Source: Callorhinchus milii
Taxonomy: Eukaryota
Length of the DNA stretch: 64,000 nucleotides
Reading direction: 5' to 3'
Assembly: GCF_018977255.1 (NCBI RefSeq)
Contig: NW_024704742.1
Span: 110,734,001-110,798,000 of the forward strand
The notes under the pieces are model-generated. The model was not told where the DNA came from. It made no database searches and saw only the letters and a program-made list of their open reading frames with translations. The position numbers and the translations under genes are program-made. Positions 1 to 9,754 of this stretch are shown here, in pieces (position 1 is the stretch's first letter; each line of letters opens with the position of its first letter).

Positions 1-147
1 GTATTTGTCAAAAGTTTTTTAAAAATAAATGTATCTAAAACTAGACAAGTAATTCATTTACACTTATCTCTCTGTTATTTTTTACTGTATAATACTAGAG
101 CTTTATGTATGAGAAATTCAAAAAGCAATTGTGTAATTTGCATGAAA

Positions 148-383
148 CAACAACAACAACAACTTGGATTTATATAGCCCCCTCCACCCGGATGGCGTCT
201 CAGAGTAACGGATCTGCTTCACAGTAACGGATCGCGGGGCCGAGCCAGGGGGAGGGGGAGGAAGGTGACCAAAGGCGCGGTCGAAAAGAAAGGTGTTCAG
301 CTGAGACCTGAAAATAAGAAGAAAGGGGGCGAGGCGAAGGGAGTGAGGAAGAGAGTTCCAGAGCCGGAAGGGAGTTCCAGAGC
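148..383 (-). mobile_element. L2 LINE 3' fragment (short, fairly young)
   Basis: Minus-strand translation LWNSLPHSLRLAPFLLIFRSQLNTFLFDRAFGHL matches the L2 ORF2 C-terminus; (GTT)n tail; flanking direct repeat CATGAAA at 141-147 and 384-390; close match to the copy at 29450-29660. Confidence 0.9.
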
Positions 384-388
384 CATGA

Positions 389-712
389 AATAATCCTTGA
401 ATAATCCTTGAATTTGATATAGCGCTTTTCACGTCGGGAGGACATCCCAAAGCGCTTCACAGAATACACTGTAAAGTGAATTGACTGTATATTTGTGGGA
501 GAAAGCGGCAGCCAATTGCGCACAGCAATGTCCCACAAACAGTCGTAGATTGAAAATGACCAATTTATTATTGTTTTTGGTTTTTGGAGGGATTATTATT
601 ATTAGGCGTGTGGAATAAGGAAACTTGCCCAAGGTTTCGCCCTGCCTGGAATTGAACTCAGGTCTCTCGCTTGCAAAGCGAGTGCTCTAACCACTGAGCT
701 ACAGGACTCCAC
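389..712 (-). mobile_element. Full-length tRNA-derived SINE, family A short variant (tRNA-Ala-like head, Deu-like core, L2-type tail)
   Basis: Reverse complement has A box TAGCTCAGTGG, anticodon arm CTCGC-TTTGCAA-GCGAG, B box GAGTTCAATTCC, core GTTTGTGGGACATTGCTGTGCGCAATTGGCTGCC and an L2-like tail; nearly identical to 43496-43822. Confidence 0.92.
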
Positions 713-1431
713 ATGTTATCAGACTACTAGCACAAGCAAGCACTTGCACATTATCACACCCCTTATTCACCACCAATAAGATACTATTTGCCAAAGAATT
801 AAGACTATAGTCTTCATCTAAAAAATGTTGGACTGAAAACTGTCAATTTTTAACCCCAAACGTTTAGTTTTCCTCATCTACATAAAGGTATGGGTTAAGT
901 GCTCCAACTGTGAAGGAGGCTATATAAATGCAATCGTTTTCTTGTTAATGTTCAGTCAAATCTTCGTTTGTCAGGCAAATAGTTTGACACATTATTTCCA
1001 TCAATATAGTGATAGATGGATACAAATCTCTCACATTAAGAATAGTGCATGGTGCTGTTTTAGCATTTGGCGCATTTGAAAATGCAGTGAAATATACTAC
1101 TTCTCTGCAAGAGTTATGTAAAATGAATTAGAAAGATGACAAACTGGAATAGGTTACTTCTACAATTCACTAAGCAAGCTACTGTGATATTAATATTTTT
1201 TCTGAGTATGGAAAATGCTCATTCATTTTCATCAATACACAATAATCAACACAAAATCCATGTATGACTCAAGACTCTTATCCAACTAACCTTTCAGATG
1301 ACGTCAAACATAAGAGCTTTGAAACAACAACCAAAATTCAAAATCCAGTCTTGAACTAGCTTTAAAATATTATTCATTTTTTTACTGTATATATTTTCAT
1401 TTACTGTCTGGGTCTTTGCTCCGAGCTATGT

Positions 1432-2799
1432 TTTAACCTCCCATTCCTCTCCAAGGTCCTGAAACGAGTCGTCGCATCCCAGCTCCACTCCTTTTTCTCT
1501 CACCAACCCCTCTTTGAACCTCTCCAATCCGGCTTCCGTGCTGCCCACAGCACAGAAACAGCCGTGGCCAAAGTCATTAATGAAATTCTGAACATCTGTG
1601 ATCAGGGCTCCCTCTGCCTCCTTGTCCTCCTCGGCCTCTCTGCCGCCTTGACACTGTCGACCACTCCATCCTCATACACCGCCTCTCCTCCTTACTTAAT
1701 CTTCACGGACCTGCTCTTGCCTGGTTCGATTCCTATCTCTCTTACCGTCTTCACTTTGTTCCGTCTAACGGTTTCTCCTCCAGCCCCCACACTGTCACGT
1801 CCCACAGGGCTCTGTCCTTGGCCCTCTCCTCTTTAATATCTACATGCTCCCCCTCGGTGACATCATCCGCAGACATGGAGTCAACTTCCATATGTATGCG
1901 GATGACACCCAACTCTATCTTTCTGCCTCCACCCTCAACTCCAGGACCACTGCTGTCCTGACAAACTGCCTGTCGGACATCAAGTCCTGGATGAGGACAA
2001 ACTTCCTACAGTTGAATATGAACAAGACTGAGGCCCTCCTGATTGACTCACGCCAACGCCTCAGCACCTCAGGCTCTGGCAGCATCAACTTCCATGGTTG
2101 CACACTTCAACTCACCAAACCAGTCAGGAGCCTAAGTGTCTTGTTCGACCCTCAATTGTCTTTTCTTCATCACATCCAAGCCATGACCTGCTCTTCCTTC
2201 CTTCAACTCCGTAACATCGCCCGATTCCACCACTACCTCACCCCTCAGGTCTTCCCAACTCCTCCCTCCACAGGCTACAGATAATCCAGAACTCTGCAGC
2301 CCGTGTCCTCTCCCACACCAAACTTTGTGACCTCATCACCCCATTCTTGCCCAACTCCATTGGCTCCCTTTCCTTCAGAGGATCCAGTTCAATATCCTGG
2401 TCCTCACCTGCAAAGCCCTCAATGGTCTCACCCCACCCTATCTCTGTGACCTCCTAACCACCTACCAACCCACCCACTCCCTCCGCTCAGCTGGTTCCGG
2501 CCTGCTCCACGTCCCCCAACCCATCCGCCCCACCATTGGCGGGAGAGGCTTCAGCCACTCTGCCCCCAACCTCTGGAACTCCATCCCCCAGTCACTCCGG
2601 CTCGCCGCCTCCTTAGCCTCCTTCAAGTCCCGCTTCAAAACCCTGCTCTTCGACCATGCCATTGGTCACCCCCCTTCCCCTCCCCTCCCTTCTCCCCCCG
2701 ACCCCAGCTCGGGTCTGAAATGCTGTTCACTGTCCAGCACCTTGGGTTGTGCTCCTGACATGAAAGGCGCTGAACAAATGTAATCTTGTTGTTGTTGTT
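1432..2799 (+). mobile_element. 5'-truncated L2 LINE (RT pseudogene, C-terminal domain and 3' tail)
   Basis: Translates as NLPFLSKVLKRVV...[40 protein letters not shown] and HWLP; several frameshifts and deletions; ends in a (GTT)n tail. Confidence 0.97.
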
Positions 2800-2870
2800 C
2801 TACACATTAAGTTCTCCATATGTAATATCATAAAAGGTTACAATACTTAAAATTTACAAAAGGGAATTGG

Positions 2871-3430
2871 CCATTTTTTTGGTCGGTCACGTGTCTGATG
2901 TATACAGAAACCTATCACCATACTTAAGAGTATCCAAACCAAACAGTGTTCCATGTACCCCACCTATATGTGAAAATACCAGAGATTCTTATTGGAATGG
3001 AATGTAGTCTCTCTCCCTGGAGGGATACATCCTGCTTATCTAATTCCAGAGAGTATTTTGTGCAGGTTGTCAAGAACCAAGGCTTTGCGACCCCAAAGTG
3101 TGCATTATGGTACTGCTGGAGTCTAACCAGCTAAACCTGATCAGCTTGCCATTGAAAGCATTGTCTGGCAAGCTTTCACCTATTTGTCCAGCATGGACCA
3201 CCCTACCAGTTTGGGCTTTGGCTTGAAGGGTTATTGGGAGCTGAATGGGAGGAGTCTCTGCCCAGAGTGACTGATCTGTCTTTCCAAGTCCTGCTAATGA
3301 ACCAGGTTGGCAGGGCTGACATACTGTTGCCAAGCATGTCAGCTTGGAGCCAGTTCAGCCCCAAGGAGACCCGGCTTACCTCCTCCCAAGGAGGACAGTC
3401 CCTAGTGGTTGTTCGACATTTGACATCTGA
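2871..3430 (-). repeat. Unclassified dispersed repeat, copy 1 (possible RTE-clade 5' region)
   Basis: 2871-3337 aligns colinearly with the reverse complement of 30735-31188, for example the shared GGAGTCTAACCAGCTAA, AGCTTGCCATTGA, TTCCAAGTCCTG and TAAGAGTATCCA. Confidence 0.8.
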
Positions 3431-6400
3431 AAAGTGTGGCCATTTTTAAATAAGTGTAAATTATTTACTGCAGTCAGAATAACTCACTCTATATTGATAT
3501 CAACAGAGTTTATTTATTGCATTGTAGAAGTAAACTTATCCCAATTCATCTCAGCACATCTGGAATTTACAGCAACTGAAAGCAAGGGACACAGTCCTCC
3601 AGACATGAAGATCCTATAATAATAATAATAATAATACTTGTGAAAGATGCTATACGAAATGTAAGAATTATTGTTATTATTTTAGCAAAGTTCTGTAGCT
3701 AGTTATCAGAGGATGAATTGCAGGACCACACTCTACTACTCAATGATGCTCACAGTATGCTTCCTTTAATTGTGGCAGCTATCAGTCAGATACTTTAATA
3801 TGAATAGTTTAAAACACTTTATGAGGCTGGGAACAGCATTGGAAGATTCAGAGGTAGGTGCAGCCAGGAAAACATATACTATTGTACAATAATTTCAGTG
3901 TTCTTGGGAAAGAGTGGAATGTTATCTGGAATGTTCCATTTACCCCACCCCCCACTCTGGGGAGAGAAGGAGATAAATGTATGTGGTGGAGATGGATAAA
4001 TGTTATGGAGTTTTTGCCTGACTATATTTGAGGATCAGGGAGCATTTGTATAGAAGTTTCTTCTACGAGATAGGGTGACTGACATCCACAATAGAGTAGA
4101 GGAAGTGGGGTTGATGGAGCTCGTGCCTTTTTTCATCTTATGTTCTTGAATCTTTTGCAAACGGAACACATAAATAGAGAAATTATCCTGATAAGTACTT
4201 GAGAAGGAATGATAGTTGTGAAAGACACATCAGTTGTGAGTTATTGATAAAACAATTTATTTTAAAAAATAATGATCAATGCCACCATAATAGCATCACC
4301 ACACACCTTAAATTGAGCCAAGAAATTGTTTATTTATTTCTTCTGTAACACAAACACTTGTAAAGTTTATGTCTTCTAAATCGCATAGTCCCAGTTGATT
4401 ATATTTATCCCTTGTTTAAACTGTGATGGGAGAAAAACCCATTATGCTGCAATTCATATGCATTTCTTTTAAGTAAAACAATATTGACATAAGATGTGTG
4501 ACTTTTGGTAAATACAGTAGTAAAAGATTTGTATTAGCATTTAGATGACTGGGTGACTGCAATCAAATGAGCTTGTTAACAGGAGATTATTTTGGTGAAT
4601 ACCACGCTGAATATCCTGTTACTGCTCAAAGCACATCAAGAAGTAATTCAGACAGTAATAACTGAACTTTATAAAAAATTCTATCATGAACCTAATAAAG
4701 ACCTGCATGAATATATGCAGCACACAGCAATGTTTCTTCATTAATAATCTCCGAATAAGTCAAACGAACACTGTTACTCCAAACTCGAAGGGATTATTAA
4801 CATGCTTTCATTTTCAGCATTAAGAAAATCAGTGACACTGAATTAATAACTCTGGGTGTCCGATTGCAGCCACTGCTTTAAAAATTTAATTCATTAAAAA
4901 AACTGAAATGTTATGTCGTTGGGAGTACATTAATTTATAGCAGAGTTAATGGTGTTATGACTGTGATTTGCAAATAAAATGGTCATAATATTTTTTAATT
5001 AAAAGCATTAAGTATATTTTGTTCCCTGCTAAAAGCGATGCCTATTTGGCAGCACAGTGATCCTATTTTCCATGTATATTTTGATTAATACTTTGCGGGA
5101 TAATCTGTACCGCGTGGTCTAGGTTCACTAACCTTGCAGTGAAATAATGAGCTTTCAAGAATAAAAAATATGCCAGATATATAGTTGTACATTCTGAGCA
5201 GCTCTGAACATATTCAAATGAAATGGGAAAATGAAGTCTTCACAGAGTAAATTTGCTAGAAAGTGAAACTTGCTGCTCTCAATTTGTATTTAGCTGTCAG
5301 TGTCTGCAGCTAATGATTGGACAAGCCATCAACCTTTTGCATATGTTTTCTATAAATACCTGATCTTCTGTGACTCAGCTGACATATAACTATGCAGAAA
5401 CATTGTTCTCGAGGGAATCTAAGCAGCAAATTGGGATACAGCCAATACCAGTTCAAATGCCCATAGTGCGCTTGGAAATAATGTCCTCGGGAAAACAATA
5501 GGCACTACTACGAAAATGGTCTCAGATACTTTAGAAAACATCTCTTGATTTACCTGCTAATGTCAGGAGAATATCATCTCAGTCAAAAAACGGAAAATAC
5601 AAAGAAATAAATGTTGCATATATTTGACATATAACCCCCTTGGCATTTCAAAGAGGAGAAAAAATATCAGTGAATTGTACTTAAACTACCAGCAGCGTTG
5701 AGGATTGAATTTGCCTCCTTGCTGGTAAGATTTTCCCTTATTTCACTTCCTTTGTTGGAATTAAAAAAGACAACCTTCTTTTCTCCTTAAAGGATGCATT
5801 TTTGTAAGATTTTCTAATAGAGCAACATGACAAAAGGAATACTAAAACCAGGTTTATGATTCTGCAATTGGGTAACATGTACATCATAGCCAGCGAATGC
5901 AGTATCAATACAAGCAAGGCAACATTTTCATAAAACATCAGTCAGAATAAAACAGTGGCATTTTCTCCTGTAGGTTATGAAATCCTGGTTCATTTTCAAA
6001 AAAGATTATAAATTACATTACTTTGGTCTCTTGCGATTTCGGAATCTAATACAATTAGTGCAAAATTCATGAAAACAAATTAAATATTGAGATAATTGCA
6101 AGAATTAACAGAATTAAGAGATTCCTATCACATTACAGAGCTAATAACCATATCTTGCGAGTGTGTTGGAGCTTTAATTTCTTTCCACTATCCTTTTCAT
6201 AACATATACAAGTTTACTTTCATACCTGCCATCGAAAATGCATAAAAAGAAGTCTCAGAATATATTCTAAGCATCTCTGACCTAAGCAAATTATTGATAA
6301 CATGTCAAGAAACTGCAGTAGGGTATTGTGATCATGAAATGCCATGTTATTCTCCACCTTATAAATAACATTCAAGAAGGAAAAAAAGACTGATTGATAA

Positions 6401-6442
6401 TAACCTCCCACAACTAACTCTGTCACAGATCCTGAATAGTTG

Positions 6443-6635
6443 AGGCTGAAAATGTGCCTATAGTCTAAGGCGACAAGACCATTTTGTCTTTAAAATTAAG
6501 GTCTGAAGGATGTTTGGAAACATTTTATATTCTCCTTTAGAGAATTGTGGAAAACCAGCTTCAAATTAAGAATTTTTTACAAGTCTGCAACTTTAAAACC
6601 AAATAAATTTACAGGCTAAAACTAGGTACAATTTC
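6443..6635. mobile_element. Decayed palindromic MITE-like element related to 37049-37275
   Basis: ATTTTGTCTTTAAAATTAAG and TTTACAGGCT match arms of the 37 kb palindrome; the rest is weakly similar. Confidence 0.4.
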
Positions 6636-8019
6636 AATTATTTTCTAAAGAAAATCGCAGCTAATGGCGACTTAACGGTCCAAATATTTTTCGAATAATT
6701 TAAAAAAAAAATAGTTTAAAAATAGAAAGTTTAAAACTTCTACAAATAAGTAAAAATAGAACATTTCTAAAGTCAGTGGAAATATTATGAAATTGGCACC
6801 ATTCCAGCATTGTTAATTTAGCCACACATTTACTAACCAAATTTACTACTGTATCCATTTTTGCAAAGGTTTTAGTTATATAAAAATCATATAAAACCTT
6901 ATGAATATGGCACACAGATTGGAAGAAATAGAAATAGCATTCTACCCATGTGGGTGCAACAGGTCAAATAGAAGTAGACTTTAGCACTAAATCACTCAAT
7001 CCCATTTTATTCTTAAAGTTCCTTATCCCGACAGCTGGATTTTTGTTCATTTAGGCAGGATTGCAGCAATGCGTTTGCAGGTTATTTGTTTAATAATATA
7101 TATAAAATGTTTCTGTCACATAGCCCACACCCCACTGCTGCTAAATATTCTCCCTATCTCTACCACCGTTTGTATTGTGGGTTTCCAAAAAGGCAATGCA
7201 TTAACTGGTCAAAAATTTCCATGTTCAGGGTTTACTAGCAGCAATGGAAAATCACAGCAATGCTGAACGTAACTCTTTACTGCCAATAATGAGCTCTTAT
7301 TACCTTCTCATGCAAAATCTCATTGCAAATGGCCTTGACATTTCATTATTAAAGGGGCGTGGAATGTGGTGTACAGGGGGGGTGGGGTGGAGAAGACAGT
7401 GCTATAAAATGCATCAGCCAGAATACCTAAAGAAGAGCCAGCAGAGGTTGAAGGGCATCCAGAATGATTCACCAAATTAATATGTGGGGTGAAATGGTTT
7501 AGCTAAATTGTATAAGCTGTGAGTTATGTAACTTAAAGGTGTTTGAAACAACGAGGCGAACTGACAAGCTAGATCCTTCTAGCCTTACTTGTGCCACCAT
7601 CGGTGCCTAGGCCTTTGGATTCTACATCCCAAACTCCCTGCTTCCTCTCAATCTACCTTTAAATCTCAGAGGAACCCCAACCCTTAAAGATATACGCTAA
7701 CCTTCAGAGTCATCCAATTCTCCAAATTGAGCCATTTTTCAGTGTTCCAAAGTGTAACATTAAATATTCAATACCAATAAGTTACTGGTTTAATGTACCT
7801 TAGCTGCAGTGGAAATGCATTTTTAAAATAATTCACAAAACAAATTTTAATTTGTCATAAAAGCTTTGGAAACATAAAATCTTTTAAATACGCTAAATTG
7901 TATTTGTAAAGATATTGCCCGGTTTGAAATATTCTTGAAGGGCAAAGTTCAATTTCCAATCTGTAATGAATTTACTGATCTCATCCAAAACATCAGGAGA
8001 GTTATATTATTGTCCTCCG

Positions 8020-8585
8020 CATCTCTGGTCTAGATGTGAGAAAAAATAGCCAGGGTCCTGATCTCAGTTGCTATCAATTTGCCCTTCCTGCAAAGTGTTT
8101 GAAAGTCAAGTGAGAACTTGATAGCAGTCTCTAAAATTATGAGGGGCTTTGATTGAGCAGAAAGGGAAAATTGTTTCCATTGGTCAGTGATCCAGTGACT
8201 GGAAGGCAGCAATTTAACATAATTGGCAAGGGAATATACAAGGAGAACAGGAGGAATTATTTTATAAATAAGATTGTTAGGATGTGGAATGCCCTACCCT
8301 GCTGGGTGTGGTGGACAAAGCAGGATCTATATTAGCTTTCAAATGAGAACCACATAGATATCTGAAAATGAATAATTTGCAGAAACAAAGGCATAAATGA
8401 ATGGATAAGATGGGCTGAATGAGCTTCTGTGCTATAAATTTTGTAGATCTATGGAACAGGATCAGGCTTGGATCTGATGGTCTCATGTCTATCTGGGCTC
8501 ATTCATGCAGATTAACCACTTGAGCCAATTACCTGAGAGCAGCCAGAGCTTGTGTAACCATAACACAGCATGATTCAGCACCTTA
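8020..8585 (+). repeat. Old SINE-like repeat (same family as 61175-61505) interrupted by a CR1 insertion
   Basis: 8037-8115 and 8454-8525 align in order with 61340-61505 once the CR1 segment is removed. Confidence 0.55.
8115..8453 (+). mobile_element. CR1 LINE 3' fragment (decayed)
   Basis: KLFPLV...RRNYFINKIVRMWNALP matches the CR1 ORF2 C-terminus; tail GGGCTGAATGAGCTTCTGTGCT. Confidence 0.85.
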
Positions 8586-8944
8586 AATAAGAACGCGTGT
8601 TTTTTCTTATATATCTTGATTTTATGTTATCACTAGGAAAGTCTGAATGTAAGTTTAAACACTAAAGATATAAGCAAAAAAATAAATTGTATCCCATCTG
8701 GGAATGGAAAGAAACTGTTCCAAATCAAAAACAAAACTTTAATTGGACTGAAAGACTGGTTTATTTAAAGAACGACCCCTGTTGTCAACTCAAAATATTG
8801 CAACAATTCAACACGTGGATGCAGTAAGGTGCTATGAATATTAATCTGGTGAAGCAAAGAAAAATCACTTCTTGTCATCCAGATTATCAGCAGCAGAGGA
8901 AGATACAATACAATACAAATGTAAATTGTATTCTACTGTTATAC

Positions 8945-9185
8945 AAGTGACATTCATTTTGCACTTTCACATTGGGAGGACATCCCAAAGTTCTTGACAG
9001 TGCTGGATGAGCATTCAGTTCAGGGTGGGAGCTGAGGTGGATGTGGAGGGGAAATATGATGGAAAAGGACGGTCAAAAGGGTATGTTTTGAGACAAGTCT
9101 TGAAAGAAGGGAGGGAGCAAGTCAGAAGAGCTGCAGGATGGAGTTCCATAGAGCAGGAGCAAAGGAAGCTATGGTCTAGAAATAG
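8945..9185 (-). mobile_element. Decayed L2 3' fragment
   Basis: TTTCACATTGGGAGGACATCCCAAAG tail, then purine-rich sequence with GGTCAAAAGG and GAGTTCCATAG as in other minus-strand L2 copies. Confidence 0.7.
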
Positions 9186-9343
9186 GGGACATCAAAAAAG
9201 AAATCAACTGATTCCATCAATAGAGAACACGGGAATAGCATCAGCTCAGCAAGAATTATAGGGGTCAAAATTATGACTTTCCTGAATGTATTCCATAAAT
9301 TGATAACTAGGAGTGGAATGAGTTGAGGATTCTTGACACTCTG

Positions 9344-9489
9344 GAATATTTACAGCATTGAAAGAGGTCATTTCGCTCATTGTGTTGAACTGGTGCCAAC
9401 TCCCCTACTGAAAGGATCTACTCCATTTGTATTCCTCTGCTCTTTACCCATCCCCTGTCATATTATTTTTCATCATATTTATAAATTCC
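9344..9489 (-). mobile_element. Decayed CR1 3' tail
   Basis: TACAGCATTGAAAGAGGTCATTT...CTGCTCTTTACCCATCCCCTG is the reverse of the CR1 tail at 25380-25510. Confidence 0.6.
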
Positions 9490-9507
9490 AAGGTGGAAAC
9501 AGAAATG

Positions 9508-9630
9508 TAATAATAATCATTATTACAATAATACTTGAATTTGATACAGTGCCTTATCAGTTCGTCAAACCATCTCAAAGTGCTTTGCAGGATATACAGT
9601 AAAGTGGATTGGCTTATTTTATGGGCAAAT
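9508..9630 (-). mobile_element. SINE 3' fragment (L2-type tail)
   Basis: AATACTTGAATTTGATACAGTGCCTTATCA...CATCTCAAAGTGCTT matches the SINE tail. Confidence 0.75.
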
Positions 9631-9715
9631 TATAAACTTGCATTTTCAAGTCTAGAAGGCAATTTCAAATAATGAAATGAACTAAAAGGTTTGAAATGCC
9701 CTTTGCTCATTCCCA

Positions 9716-9754
9716 TGTGTGTGTATGTGTATGTGTGTCTATGTATGTGTGTGT
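9716..9754. repeat. Imperfect (TG)n microsatellite
   Basis: Run of TGTG/TATG units seen directly. Confidence 0.8.

Noticed and set aside
638..708. tRNA-Ala(TGC) gene (also 43500-43570)
   Set aside because: The D and anticodon arms pair, but the T stem is mispaired in the standard register and the sequence continues into a SINE body found many times in the window; these are SINE heads.
1564..2284. Functional reverse transcriptase gene
   Set aside because: Fragmented by frameshifts and deletions, with no endonuclease or ORF1; a dead 5'-truncated L2.
3285..3345. Hammerhead ribozyme (CTAATGA resembling CTGATGA)
   Set aside because: The core is mismatched, no GAAA follows a stem II, and the motif differs in the second copy.
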